Part shown: piece by piece, positions 9,717-19,892 of the stretch
Position numbering within the stretch: the stretch's first letter is position 1
Layout: every line of letters starts with the position of its first letter
Translations under genes and position numbers: made by a program
The notes under the pieces: generated by a model
Database searches by the model: none
What the model was told of the DNA's origin: nothing
What the model saw: the letters and a program-made list of their open reading frames with translations, nothing else
Assembly: GCA_963828735.1 (NCBI GenBank)
Contig: CAWHFW010000005.1
Span: forward strand, 480,001-544,000
Direction of reading: 5' to 3'
Length of the DNA: 64,000 nt
Origin: an uncultured Gemmatimonadales bacterium
Lineage (GTDB): Bacteria; Gemmatimonadota; Gemmatimonadetes; Gemmatimonadales; GWC2-71-9

Positions 9717-11750
9717 GTGTCGTTCGCCGCCGTTCTGCCCGTGCTCATGCTCGTGCTGCAGCAGCAGGCCTCGCTCCCGACATCGCCGATCAAGCGAATC
9801 GAGGTGCTGCCAGCCACGCGCACCATCGTCGCGGGGGATTCGGTTCACCTGGAGCTGCGCGCCCTGGATGCCGACGGCAAGCCCGTCCCGGGTGCGGTGC
9901 TCTACTCCAAGCTGCTGGGCGGCGAAGGCGAAGGCTCGCTGCAGGCCGGGACCGGATGGCTCGTGGTGAGCTCGGTGGGCAAGTTCCCGCTGTCGGTCAG
10001 CGCGGTGGTGCCGGGCTACCTCCCGTTCGTAGACACCACCTCGATCCGGTTCCAGGGCGTGCCGGGGCCGGCCACGCGGATCGAGCTGAGCTCCCACGCC
10101 GCCACGATCGCCACGGGGCAGTCGCTCCCGCTCACCGCGCTGGCCTTCTCGAAGGCGAACGACCGTACGCGCGACTCGATCCGCTGGCAGTCGAGCCTGC
10201 CGAAAGTCGCGAGCGTGGACCGCTCCGGCGTCGTCACCGGCGTCGCGCCGGGCAGGGCCACGCTCACGGCATCGGTGCGGGGCGCGTCGGCCTCCCTCGA
10301 CGTCCGGGTTGTGCCGGCGACGATCGGGAAGCTGACACTGTCACCCTCGAAGCCGACGGTGCGCCAGGGCGACGTAGTCGCGTTCAGCGTGGAGGGCCGC
10401 GACGGGGCCGGCAAGCCGATCGCCAATCTCACACCGACGTGGAGCTTCTCGCCCGGTGACGGGCAGCTCGACGCGGACGGCCGCTTCGTGGCGTATCGCA
10501 CCGGCACCTATACGGTGACCGCCGCGCTCGGCCGCGTGGCGGCGAGCACGACCGTGCAGGTGAGCGAGCGCGACGTGCGGCGGCCCGTGACCGTCGTGGG
10601 GCGCCTGCCCCGCACCGGGTTCTCGACGTCCGAGGTCTGGATCCACCAGAACGGCAAGGTGGCCTACCTCGGCACCCACCAGGGCGGAGACCGGCTGTAC
10701 GCGATCGACATCACCGATCCGTCGAAGCCGGTCGTCGTGGACTCGATCATGGCGAACATGCGGCTCGTGAACGACATGCAGACCACGCCCGACGGCAACT
10801 ACATGGTCTTCACCCGCGAGGGGGCGTCCGACCGCAAGAACGGCATCGTCATCGCCGACACGCACGACCCGCTCCACCCCAAGGAGATCGCCCAGTTCAC
10901 CGACGGTGTCGCCGCCGGCGTGCATTCGGTCTACATCTACGAGAACCCGCAGTACGGCCGCTACGTCTTCATCACCAACGACGGCACCGGCGCCATCGAC
11001 ATCGTCAACATCACCGACCCCGCCAAGCCGACCCGCGCCGGCGAGTGGCGGACCGACCGCCCCGACGCCGCGCGCTACGTGCACGATCTCGACATCGTGG
11101 ACGGGCTGATGTACGCGAGCTACTGGAACGACGGGCTGGTCATCCTCGACATCGGGAACGGCAAGTGGGGCGGCCGGCCGGACAAGCCGGTGCTGGTCTC
11201 GCAGTTCAAGTACGACCTTGACTCCCTCTACAAGGAAGTCGAGGACGTGTCCCGGCCCGGCTTCACCCGTGGCACGCACACGGCCTGGCGGCAGCGTGGC
11301 GGCAAGTACGTCTTCATCTCGGACGAGGTCTATCGCAACGGCAACATCCGTGGCGCGAAGGACGCCTCGGCCGACCGGATGTACGGCACCCTGCAGGTCG
11401 TGGACGTGAGCGACATCGAGCATCCGAAGTCGGTGGCGTGGTACACCCCCGAGAGCGGCGGCGTGCACAACGTGTGGCAGGTGGCCGACACGCTCTACCT
11501 CGGCGCGTACGACGCCGGCTTCCACGTGTTCGACATCTCGGGCGAGCTCAAGGGCGACCTGCGGGCGCAGCACCGCGAGATTGCGTCGCTCAACACGGCC
11601 GATCTGGGCGGCATCGTGCCCAACGCCGCGTTCGACTGGGGCGTGGTGGTGAACCCCAAGGACGGGCTCGCCTACGTGAACGACTTCAACAACGGCCTCT
11701 GGGTGGTGCGGGTGGACCCCAAGGCCACCGCCGCCCCGCTCACGCCGTGA
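9717..11750 (+). CDS. secreted Ig-like (Big_2) + LVIVD-repeat protein
   Basis: signal peptide; WQSSLPKVASVDRSGVVTGVAPG Ig repeat; GLVILDI, LQVVDVSDIEHP and GFHVFDI LVIVD repeats. Confidence 0.85.
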   Translation: MSFAAVLPVLMLVLQQQASLPTSPIKRIEVLPATRTIVAGDSVHLELRALDADGKPVPGAVLYSKLLGGEGEGSLQAGTGWLVVSSVGKFPLSVSAVVPGYLPFVDTTSIRFQGVPGPATRIELSSHAATIATGQSLPLTALAFSKANDRTRDSIRWQSSLPKVASVDRSGVVTGVAPGRATLTASVRGASASLDVRVVPATIGKLTLSPSKPTVRQGDVVAFSVEGRDGAGKPIANLTPTWSFSPGDGQLDADGRFVAYRTGTYTVTAALGRVAASTTVQVSERDVRRPVTVVGRLPRTGFSTSEVWIHQNGKVAYLGTHQGGDRLYAIDITDPSKPVVVDSIMANMRLVNDMQTTPDGNYMVFTREGASDRKNGIVIADTHDPLHPKEIAQFTDGVAAGVHSVYIYENPQYGRYVFITNDGTGAIDIVNITDPAKPTRAGEWRTDRPDAARYVHDLDIVDGLMYASYWNDGLVILDIGNGKWGGRPDKPVLVSQFKYDLDSLYKEVEDVSRPGFTRGTHTAWRQRGGKYVFISDEVYRNGNIRGAKDASADRMYGTLQVVDVSDIEHPKSVAWYTPESGGVHNVWQVADTLYLGAYDAGFHVFDISGELKGDLRAQHREIASLNTADLGGIVPNAAFDWGVVVNPKDGLAYVNDFNNGLWVVRVDPKATAAPLTP

Positions 11751-12880
11751 GCGCCCTGCACAGGATCGGCGCGCTCGCGGGGCTCGTCGCGACGCTGACG
11801 GCCGCCGCGCCACCCGACAAGAACTACTACGTCTTCGTCGCGAGCGAGGGCAACGACCGCATCGCTCTCGTCCGCTTCGGCCCGGAGGGCGCGCGGGTCG
11901 AGCGGGAGCGGAAAGTCGGCACCAATCCAACCGAGCTGGCGGGGCCGCACGGCCTGTACGTCTCGCCGGATGGCAAGTGGTACTACGTGACCACGGCGCA
12001 CGGCACGCCCAACGGCGCGTTGTGGAAGTTCTCCACGGAGAATGACGAACAGGCGGGTCGAGTCGAGCTCGGCCGGTTTCCGGCGACGGTGCAGATCTCC
12101 CCCGACGGGCACTACGCGTGGGTGGTGAACTTCAACCTCTATGGCGACATGGTGCCGTCGTCGGTTTCCGTCGTGTGGACCGATCAGATGCAGGAGGTAC
12201 ACCGCATCCCGACCTGCGTGATGCCGCATGGCTCGCGCCTCTCGCCGGATGGCACCCGGCAGTACTCCGCCTGCATGATGAACGATGAGCTGGTGGAGAT
12301 CGACGCGGCCAGGATGGCGGTGGCGCGGACCTTCCTGCTGAAGAAGGGCCTCGAGCACGGGATGACGACTCCCGCGATCGGGACCGCCTCCGCCGGCGGC
12401 CACGACATGACGGCGCCCAAACCGGCTGACGTGGGGTGCTCGCCCACCTGGGCGCAGCCGTCCACGGACGGCCGGACCGTCTGGGTGGCGTGCAACAAAT
12501 CGAACGAGCTGGTGGAGATTGACGTCGCCTCGTGGACGCTGCGGCGGCGGATCCCGGCGGGCGAAGGGATTTACAATCTGGCCGCGAGTGCGGATGGCCG
12601 CCTTGTCGTGGCGACGAACAAGAAAGGCAAGTCGGTCTCGGTCTTCGACGCCGCGACCGGCAAGGAGCTCGCGCGCATCGCGACGACCAGGCGGGTGCCG
12701 AGCGGGCTCGTGATCTCGCCGGACAGCAGGTACGCGTTCGTCACGCAGGAGGGCGTCGGCGCGGAGCCGGGAACGGTGGATATGATCGACCTGCAGACGC
12801 TCGAGCGCGCGGCCAGCGTGGACGTCGGGCAGCAGGCCGGAGGGATCGATTTCTGGAAGGTGGAGGCCCTGGGGCGGTAG
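11747..12880 (+). CDS. secreted YncE/YVTN-family beta-propeller protein
   Basis: GTGA coupling; signal peptide; GPHGLYVSPDG, MPHGSRLSPDG repeats. Confidence 0.85.
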   Translation: MSALHRIGALAGLVATLTAAAPPDKNYYVFVASEGNDRIALVRFGPEGARVERERKVGTNPTELAGPHGLYVSPDGKWYYVTTAHGTPNGALWKFSTENDEQAGRVELGRFPATVQISPDGHYAWVVNFNLYGDMVPSSVSVVWTDQMQEVHRIPTCVMPHGSRLSPDGTRQYSACMMNDELVEIDAARMAVARTFLLKKGLEHGMTTPAIGTASAGGHDMTAPKPADVGCSPTWAQPSTDGRTVWVACNKSNELVEIDVASWTLRRRIPAGEGIYNLAASADGRLVVATNKKGKSVSVFDAATGKELARIATTRRVPSGLVISPDSRYAFVTQEGVGAEPGTVDMIDLQTLERAASVDVGQQAGGIDFWKVEALGR

Positions 12881-12900
12881 GGTTGCTCCTCGCGCGGGAA

Positions 12901-13974
12901 TCACTCCGCTTGGATTGCTACCCGGTGCCAGGCGTTGTTCGCGTAACCCTTCACGTTCCAGGTTTCGCCCAGCGCGACCGGCATCGTCGCGCCGGTGGCG
13001 TCGGCGGCTCGCACGGCGAGGATGTGCCGCCCGCGGGCCAGGTCGAGCGTCGCTTCCCAGAGGCTCCAGGTCCATGTCGCGCCGGGCACCGCGATGCGGG
13101 CGGGCACCCAGTCCGCGCCTCCGTTCGGGCTGACTTCGACCGCCGTGATCGGCTGGCCGCCCGTTCCCATCGCCCACCCGCGCACCCGCACCTTCCCTGC
13201 GGCGACGACCTGATCTCTCGACGGCTCGAGGATCACCGCGTTGAGGCACACCTCGCTCAGCGGGATCCCGCCGGAAACGTCTCTCGGGTTCGCGGGATCG
13301 ATCTCCCGCTGCACGCGATACGCCTTACTCTGAAAGTAGTTGTTCGAGGGTTCGGCGGCGAGCGTGATTCGACCGAGCCACTTCACACTGCGTGCGCCGA
13401 TCCAGCCGGGCACGAGGCTGCGGATCGGGAAGCCATGGACGGGCGGTAACGGTGCCCCGTTGAGCTCGCTCGCGAGCAGCACGTCCGGCGTCAAAGCCTT
13501 GGCAAGGTCGATCGATCCCCCGAATCCGAAGCGCTGGCCGTGGCGCTCGACCGCGTCGAGGCCAACGAATTCGACGTAGCGGGCCTCCCGCCTTACACCC
13601 GCCTGCCGCAACACCTCCGCGAGGCCGCAGCCACCCCACCGTCCGGTGCTCACCGGCTCGGGGCCCCACGGCAGCTCGCCGGGCAACGGGCCGAGCGCCA
13701 GGAATTCGTCGCGACGAAGACCGGCGCAGATGAGCGTGGCGGGCACCTCCCGACGAGGCAAGGCCGCGAGATCCTCGAGCGACAATCGGAGTGGGTGGTC
13801 GACGAGTCCGCCGATCTCGAGACGCCAGCTATGGGGATCGATCGATGGTGTGGCGGCGTGACTGCGGGTGAAAAAGCTCTCGGTGGTGGTGACCAGTTCG
13901 CACTGGCGGAGGGGCCAGAGCGCGGTGTTGTGCCCTTCGGGATCGTGAATGAGGCGACGGCCGTTCGCGGTCAT
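12901..13974 (-). CDS. sulfite oxidase-family molybdopterin oxidoreductase
   Basis: FFTRSH, WRLEIGGLV, LICAG (Mo-ligand Cys), LNGAPLPPVHGFPIR, GARSVKWL, WNVKGY; no signal peptide. Confidence 0.9.
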   Translation of the reverse strand: MTANGRRLIHDPEGHNTALWPLRQCELVTTTESFFTRSHAATPSIDPHSWRLEIGGLVDHPLRLSLEDLAALPRREVPATLICAGLRRDEFLALGPLPGELPWGPEPVSTGRWGGCGLAEVLRQAGVRREARYVEFVGLDAVERHGQRFGFGGSIDLAKALTPDVLLASELNGAPLPPVHGFPIRSLVPGWIGARSVKWLGRITLAAEPSNNYFQSKAYRVQREIDPANPRDVSGGIPLSEVCLNAVILEPSRDQVVAAGKVRVRGWAMGTGGQPITAVEVSPNGGADWVPARIAVPGATWTWSLWEATLDLARGRHILAVRAADATGATMPVALGETWNVKGYANNAWHRVAIQAE

Positions 13975-14058
13975 GATACTCCGGGAGTCTGGGATCGTCG
14001 TGCGCTGGGGAATGGTCGCCGCGCCTCCATCGCCGGTCAAGCGTCAGCGTCCCAAGCG

Positions 14059-15552
14059 TCAGCGTGCCTGCTCGGAGCCCACATCCGGCAGGTAACCCCG
14101 CAGCTCGCGCGCCCACCAGGCGCCGCTGCGCGCGCGCTCGGCCGGGGTGGTGAAGCGATAGTCATAGAGCGCGAAGTGAATGAAGCGCGGTGGGGCGTCA
14201 GGAAACGGGTTCCGGGCGAGCAGCGCCGTGACTTCGGGCGTCCCGGCACGCAGGCGCTGCGCGAGCGCCTGCAGGAGCGGAAGGCCCTGCATCGGATCGA
14301 GCGCGGCGAACCACATCTGCCAATCGAGCCGCGGATGATAGGGCTCGACGAACGGCGGCGGACGCTGCAGCGAACCCGGCTTGTAGCGGAACTCGTACTC
14401 CATCCAGTGGTCACCGTCCCGGCTGCCCTCGACCACGATCTCCGGGCGCTCCGTCGTCATCACCCGGAAGAGGCCATACCCGTTGAACGACCGAAGCGGC
14501 GCGACCCACGCCAGGACCGTCGAGCCCCAGCTGGGAAGCAGCGTCCGGCCGCGGCCCTCGGGCAGCGTGTACGCAATTTCGGCCCAGGCGCTCAGCGCGC
14601 TCACGAGCGCGATCACGGGCACGATCCCCATCAGTAGACCCCGCCAGGCGCGCGACTCGCCTCCCGCCGCGGTGAACCTCGCCGGCGCTACCCGGCCGAG
14701 CACGCGATCGTCCAGGGCAGGAATGCAGAGCATGATGGCCAGCAGGTTGAAGAACCCATAGTTGCCCGTGAGCGCGATGCCGGCCTGCAGCAGGACGAGC
14801 CCGGCGACGCCCGCGTAGCGCAGCGAGCGGAAACGCGACGGCGCGAACAGCAGCCACGGCGCGCCCAGCTCCACGACGAACATTCCCGCCGTGCCGAGGC
14901 GGTGGGTCCAGCCAGGGAGCTGATGCGCGTACCACCCTGGCCAGGTCGGCAAGGGTTGGGTCTCGAAGTGGTAGTCGAGCGCGGTGAGATGCCGCCAGGT
15001 CGGATCGCCGCTCAGGAGCTTGGTGGCGCCCGAGAGGAACATGAGCTTGAAGAGGAGAAAGACGAACAGCCACCGTACGGGCGCGGACGCGGGAGGCTCC
15101 TGGCGCGAAGGTCGCCACCCCGGCGGCGCCCACAGGAGGCCAAGGAGCCCGGTCTCGAGCAGCAGGCCATCCCACTGAAACGAGAGGAAGTCCTGTCCCG
15201 CCACCACGAGCGAGAGGTAGAGGACCCACGCACCGGCGAGGGTCGCTCGCGGGGCGATCCCGACGATGTGCAGCACCGCGAGGCTCGCGCCAGTCCAGGC
15301 CACGAGGCCGAGCGCCGTGGTGCCGGCCCCGAGCCAGAAGACAGTGGGCAGCAGGCGGTAGGCGCGGCTGCCGTAGAGCGAATGGACCGAGTCCAGAAAT
15401 GCGTGCGCCGGAAGGAGGCCGTTCGGGCCGATGAGCCCGGCCACCTGCACCGCCAGCGAGACGAAGGCGATGAGATACACCACCCCGAGCAGGCGGAGAA
15501 ACAGCCAGCGGGTGACCTGGTAGCCTCCGCCTAGCGGCTGACCGTCAGCCAT
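14059..15552 (-). CDS. lipase maturation factor family membrane protein (LMF2-like signature)
   Basis: LFLRLLGVVYLIAF, FLSFQWDGLLLETG, YHFETQPLP, TGNYGFFN, YGLFRVMT, HPRLDWQMWFAAL. Confidence 0.9.
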   Translation of the reverse strand: MADGQPLGGGYQVTRWLFLRLLGVVYLIAFVSLAVQVAGLIGPNGLLPAHAFLDSVHSLYGSRAYRLLPTVFWLGAGTTALGLVAWTGASLAVLHIVGIAPRATLAGAWVLYLSLVVAGQDFLSFQWDGLLLETGLLGLLWAPPGWRPSRQEPPASAPVRWLFVFLLFKLMFLSGATKLLSGDPTWRHLTALDYHFETQPLPTWPGWYAHQLPGWTHRLGTAGMFVVELGAPWLLFAPSRFRSLRYAGVAGLVLLQAGIALTGNYGFFNLLAIMLCIPALDDRVLGRVAPARFTAAGGESRAWRGLLMGIVPVIALVSALSAWAEIAYTLPEGRGRTLLPSWGSTVLAWVAPLRSFNGYGLFRVMTTERPEIVVEGSRDGDHWMEYEFRYKPGSLQRPPPFVEPYHPRLDWQMWFAALDPMQGLPLLQALAQRLRAGTPEVTALLARNPFPDAPPRFIHFALYDYRFTTPAERARSGAWWARELRGYLPDVGSEQAR

Positions 15553-15848
15553 ATCACCAGCGCGACGCCCGCCACGGCCACCACTCGCAGGCTCAGGAGG
15601 ACGGCCCGGGGCGCGTCGAGCAGCGCGGCGAAGACCAGCGCCGTCATGGAAACCACGCTGAGCGCCATGCAGGCGAGCCGCCAGCCTTCGCGGCGGAGTC
15701 GTCGCTCCAGGACCGCCCGATCGGGGCCAGCGCGAGCGGCCAGGAGGTCACGCACCCGTTTCCACCGTCGGTAGCCGCGCTGCACCACGAGCACGCTCAA
15801 GGCGGCAAAGAAGACGAACAGTCCCCACCAGAATCGAAAGTCGCGCAC
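15531..15848 (-). CDS. small hypothetical membrane protein (3 predicted TM)
   Basis: GTG start; hydrophobic segments; overlaps the LMF start, consistent with an operon. Confidence 0.6.
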   Translation of the reverse strand: MRDFRFWWGLFVFFAALSVLVVQRGYRRWKRVRDLLAARAGPDRAVLERRLRREGWRLACMALSVVSMTALVFAALLDAPRAVLLSLRVVAVAGVALVIWLTVSR

Positions 15849-16121
15849 AGCCAACCCTTGTGGTCCCGCGAGCCTTGCCTGCGGCCTTCCATCGGTCACA
15901 GGGAATGCAATCTGGTCGGCCCTCGTTGTGGGCGTAAGGGAAATCGCGCGGGAAGGTAGGTGAAGTGCGGGATGACAGCCCGATCGGCTCGGCACCGGGA
16001 CGCCGATGGATGGGGCGCAACCATGAAGGCACATCTCGTTCGCGACCGCCGAGCTCCTATCTTTGGCTGGAGACCCGTCCGGCCCGCGAGATCGCCGGCC
16101 GGGCAACTTCGGGAGGCGGCG

Positions 16122-17600
16122 ATGGACTGGTTCTCCGCGCCGGATTACCGGCTGACCAGATTCGCCATCGAGCGAGGGCTCGGGCTCATCTACCTGGTCG
16201 CGTTCCTGGTGACGCTGGACCAGTTCCCGGCCCTGCTGGGCGAGCGTGGGCTCCTGCCCACCCCTCGCTTCCTCCGGCGTTCGACCTTCCGCGAATCTCC
16301 CAGCCTGTTTCACCTCCGCTACTCGGACCGCTTGCTTCGCGTGGTGGCGGCGATGGGCAGTGTCCTGTCCCTTTCCGTCGTGGCGGGCGTACCGCAATCG
16401 GGGCCGCTGTGGCTGCCGATGCTGGTCTGGCTCGTGCTCTGGCTCCTCTACCTCTCCATCGTCAACGTCGGCCAGCAGTTCTATTCGTTCGGGTGGGAGT
16501 CGCTTCTGCTCGAGGCCGGGTTTCTCGCGATCTTCCTCGGCAACGCGCGCACCCTCCCGGCGTTTCCGGTGCTAGTCCTCTTTCGGTGGCTCGCCTTCCG
16601 CGTGGAACTGGGCGCCGGACTCATCAAGCTCCGTGGCGATCCATGCTGGCGCGAGCTCACCTGCATGGAATACCATCACGAGACCCAGCCCATGCCGAAC
16701 CCGCTGAGCCGCGCCGTGCACCGGCTCCCGCGAGTGTTTCACCGGGCCGAGGTCCTCGGCAACTTCGTCGCCCAGCTTGGCGCGCCGTTCCTGCTCTTCC
16801 TTCCGCAGCCCATCGCCGGGGCCGGCGCCCTGCTCATGGTGGCGACGCAGGGATACCTCGTGCTGAGCGGCAACTATGCGTGGCTCAACGTGCTCACGAT
16901 GGTGATCGCGGTGTCGGCGATCCCCGACACGTTCATTACTGCGGCGCTGCCCTTCGCCGTCCGAGCGGCCTCGGCCGAGCCTCCGGTCTGGTTCGTGGCC
17001 CTCGTGCTGGCCCTGACGGTCCTGTTTGCGGTGTTGAGCTACTGGCCCGTGGTCAACCTGCTCGCGAAGCGGCAGCTCATGAACTACGCGTTCAATCGGC
17101 TGCACCTCGTCGGCACGTACGGCGCATTCGGGAGTGTCACCCGCGAGCGCTACGAGATCGTCCTGGAGGGCACCAGCGCAAGCGTTCCCGGCCCCGATGC
17201 CGACTGGCGCGAATACGAATTCAAGGGGAAACCCGGCGATCCGCGGCGCCGACCACCGCAGATCGCCCCGTACCACCTGCGCCTCGACTGGCTCATGTGG
17301 TTCGCCGCGCTGTCACCGCGGTACGCGGAGCCCTGGTTCTCCGAGATGGTCGAGCGGCTGCTGCGGGGGGATGCGTTGCTCCTGCGCCTGCTCGGCCGGA
17401 ATCCGTTTCCCGAGGCGCCGCCGGCCTGGATCCGTGCTCGATACTACCACTACCGTTTCACGAGCCGCGCCGAGCGCCGGGCCACTGGGGCCTGGTGGTC
17501 GCGCGAGCCGGCGGGCGATTTCATGAAGCCGGTCACACTCGCCAAGCGACACGACGACCGCGGAACACCGCCTTCGTCCACGCCGGCTCGAGCTGGGTGA
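16122..17600 (+). CDS. lipase maturation factor family membrane protein (LMF1-like signature)
   Basis: GGGAGG RBS; FYSFGWESLLLEAG, GLIKLRGDPCWRELTCMEYHHETQPMPNP, SGNYAWLN, YGAFGSVT, HLRLDWLMWFAAL. Confidence 0.9.
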   Translation: MDWFSAPDYRLTRFAIERGLGLIYLVAFLVTLDQFPALLGERGLLPTPRFLRRSTFRESPSLFHLRYSDRLLRVVAAMGSVLSLSVVAGVPQSGPLWLPMLVWLVLWLLYLSIVNVGQQFYSFGWESLLLEAGFLAIFLGNARTLPAFPVLVLFRWLAFRVELGAGLIKLRGDPCWRELTCMEYHHETQPMPNPLSRAVHRLPRVFHRAEVLGNFVAQLGAPFLLFLPQPIAGAGALLMVATQGYLVLSGNYAWLNVLTMVIAVSAIPDTFITAALPFAVRAASAEPPVWFVALVLALTVLFAVLSYWPVVNLLAKRQLMNYAFNRLHLVGTYGAFGSVTRERYEIVLEGTSASVPGPDADWREYEFKGKPGDPRRRPPQIAPYHLRLDWLMWFAALSPRYAEPWFSEMVERLLRGDALLLRLLGRNPFPEAPPAWIRARYYHYRFTSRAERRATGAWWSREPAGDFMKPVTLAKRHDDRGTPPSSTPARAG

Positions 17601-17601
17601 G

Positions 17602-18204
17602 TCAGTGTTGCGCGGTCTCGCTGCGTGAGGGGCCGCCGGCCGCGGTGTGCGGCGACGCGTTCGGTACGGAGCCCGGCGAATCGCCCGGGCGCCCGGGGCC
17701 GCCTCGGGCGAGCGACCACCAGCCCATCGCGACCGCCGCCACGTAGAGCACGAACCCCACGAAGTACACTGCCCCGCCGATGGCCTGATCCCGCGCGAGC
17801 CACCCCGCCTGCCCCAGCAGCTGCGCCCAGTCGTGCTCTCCACCGCCTACCAGCGGGAGCTCCTGCGCCCGGGCATCCTTGATGTAGACCGAGATGTTCC
17901 AGCAGTTCTGGCCCAGCCACCAGAGAGGGACGGTGGCGCCGTGGCGGTCGCCCTGGCGCCAAAGGGCCACTGTAAAGGCCAGCGGAACGAGCAGCTGCAT
18001 GAGCGTCCCGCCGAGCACCGTCAGGGTCTCGCCGCCGAAGGCGAAGACCAGGTGGCCGGTCTCGTGGATCGCGAGATCCAGGCTGTCGAGCCAGCGGTAG
18101 GTACCGGGCGTTTGCAGGCAGCGCCATCCGTAGATCGCCAGGACGGCGGTGAGGATGGCCCGCCAGCGGCGCTCGCCAGCTGGCAGCTCACGCTGATTTC
18201 CCAC
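17602..18204 (-). CDS. membrane protein with HExxH motif (M50B-like metalloprotease)
   Basis: AIHETGHLVF within a TM region, conserved-looking HDW; AGGAGG RBS before GTG 18204. Confidence 0.65.
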   Translation of the reverse strand: MGNQRELPAGERRWRAILTAVLAIYGWRCLQTPGTYRWLDSLDLAIHETGHLVFAFGGETLTVLGGTLMQLLVPLAFTVALWRQGDRHGATVPLWWLGQNCWNISVYIKDARAQELPLVGGGEHDWAQLLGQAGWLARDQAIGGAVYFVGFVLYVAAVAMGWWSLARGGPGRPGDSPGSVPNASPHTAAGGPSRSETAQH

Positions 18205-18303
18205 AACGACCTCCTGTCGGCATGATCGGGCCAGCGGGCTGCCTCCGCGAAAAGATAGCGGGTCCGCCACCCGCTCCCTCGGTGGGAGCCGCGGACTTCG
18301 ACC

Positions 18304-18344
18304 GCAAGAATCGGGGCGCGTCGACGGGCGTGGCCGCGTACACT
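18304..18344 (+). promoter_or_regulatory. possible Ada-type activator box (GCAA...CGG) and -10 element of the ogt operon
   Basis: GCAAGAATCGG at 18304-18314, TACACT at 18339-18344, no good -35. Confidence 0.3.
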
Positions 18345-18403
18345 GCAGCCGTGGACGACGACATGGCAGACGGATCACATCGGCTGAGCGAAAGGAAGGG
18401 ACG

Positions 18404-18952
18404 ATGAGCCTGTCACTCACCCCCGTTGCCCGGGCACCAGACACCGACAGCGGACCGCTCGAGATTGGCTTCGCCACGGGCGAATGCTCGCTGGGAACCA
18501 TCCTCGTCGCGCGAACCAGCCGCGGCGTGTGCGCCATCCTGCTCGGCGACGACGCCGAGACCCTCACGCGAGATCTCGGCCGCCGGTTTCCCACGGCACG
18601 GGTTCGCCCTGACCCTGAGGCCGACACGATGCTGGAGACGGTGACCCGCCTCATCGAATCGCCCGGCCTCGAGCTGTATCTGCCGCTCGACCCTCGCGGG
18701 ACGCCGTTTCAGCTCGAGGTATGGCAGGCCCTCCGGGAAATCCCCGCCGGCACGACCGCGAGTTACTCCGAGGTCGCGCGGCGCATCGGGGCGCCGGCCT
18801 CGGCACGGGCCGTGGCGCAGGCCTGCGCGGCCAACGCGCTGGCGGTGGCGATTCCCTGCCATCGAGTGGTGCGGACCGACGGCAGTCTCTCGGGCTATCG
18901 ATGGGGCGTCGAGCGAAAGCGGGTGCTCCTGGCGCGCGAGGCGCAGGCATGA
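18404..18952 (+). CDS. ogt: methylated-DNA-protein-cysteine methyltransferase (Ada C-terminal-like)
   Basis: GTPFQLEVWQALREIPAG, ARAVAQAC, IPCHRVV active site, GYRWG. Confidence 0.93.
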   Translation: MSLSLTPVARAPDTDSGPLEIGFATGECSLGTILVARTSRGVCAILLGDDAETLTRDLGRRFPTARVRPDPEADTMLETVTRLIESPGLELYLPLDPRGTPFQLEVWQALREIPAGTTASYSEVARRIGAPASARAVAQACAANALAVAIPCHRVVRTDGSLSGYRWGVERKRVLLAREAQA

Positions 18953-19671
18953 GCGCGGTGGTGGCACTGCCTGCGACGGCCGAGCCCACGGTGGACTGGA
19001 CCCGCGTCTCCAGGGCCCTCGATGACTACGGCTGCGCCGTTCTCGAGGGCCTCGTACCGAAGGAGGTGTGCGTCGCCCTTGCCGGGCTGTACCAGGATGG
19101 CGCCAGGTTTCGGAGCCGGGTCGTCATGGCGCGTCACGGATTCGGCCGCGGGGAGTACCAATACTTCCGCTACCCGCTGCCGGACGCCATCGCCGAGCTC
19201 CGGACGGCCGTCTACGCGCGCCTGGCGCCGGTCGCGAACCGGTGGAACGACGCGATGGCCATCCAGGTTCGCTTTCCCGCGACGCACGCCGAATTCCTCG
19301 CCCGATGCCACGCCGCGGGCCAGTGCAAGCCGACACCACTCCTGCTGCGCTACGAGGCGGGCGACTACAACTGCCTTCACCAGGACCTCTATGGCGAGCA
19401 CGTGTTTCCGTTGCAACTCGCGGTGTTGCTCTCGGAGCCTGGCCGGGACTTCACCGGCGGCGAGTTCGTGATGACCGAGCAGCGCCCACGGATGCAGTCG
19501 CGAGCGGAGGTGGTGCCACTCGGACAGGGTGACGGCGTGGTGTTCGCCGTCCACCACCGCCCCGTGCGCGGGACGCGCGGAAACTATCGGGTGAATCTCC
19601 GCCACGGCGTGAGCCGCATTCGGTCGGGACGGCGCCACACGGTCGGCATCATCTTCCACGACGCGGAGTGA
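18949..19671 (+). CDS. 2OG-Fe(II) oxygenase (DUF2086/Oxygenase-NA type, alkylation-repair associated)
   Basis: ATGA coupling to ogt; FGRGEYQYF, LHQDLYGEHVFPLQ, EQRPRMQSR, RHGVS, GIIFHDA. Confidence 0.88.
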   Translation: MSAVVALPATAEPTVDWTRVSRALDDYGCAVLEGLVPKEVCVALAGLYQDGARFRSRVVMARHGFGRGEYQYFRYPLPDAIAELRTAVYARLAPVANRWNDAMAIQVRFPATHAEFLARCHAAGQCKPTPLLLRYEAGDYNCLHQDLYGEHVFPLQLAVLLSEPGRDFTGGEFVMTEQRPRMQSRAEVVPLGQGDGVVFAVHHRPVRGTRGNYRVNLRHGVSRIRSGRRHTVGIIFHDAE

Positions 19672-19818
19672 GCTCGTCGGTCAGCGATTGGCGCGCCAAG
19701 TGCCTGATACCGCTCCCGACATCCGGCTCCGCTGACCGCTCACCCGTCGGGCCTCGGTGTCGCGGCCTGGCCTGGTGGTGGGACGCGGGACAACCCCCGA
19801 TCTTCCTGGTCCCCCGGC

Positions 19819-19846
19819 GGAAACCCCGCCGCCGGCCCGGGCGTAA
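19819..19846 (+). promoter_or_regulatory. possible ECF-sigma promoter
   Basis: GGAAAC-N17-CGTAA about 47 nt upstream of the next gene. Confidence 0.35.
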
Positions 19847-19892
19847 GGGTGACGCCCGTCCCGAACGACCCATCCACCCCCACGGAGGCTTC

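Noticed and set aside
14038..14065. 13-bp direct repeat CAAGCGTCAGCGT at the LMF stop
   Set aside because: A simple local duplication with no supporting context.
15890..15965. GGGAA motifs resembling a cobalamin riboswitch between the LMF genes
   Set aside because: No recognisable B12-box or conserved stem architecture.
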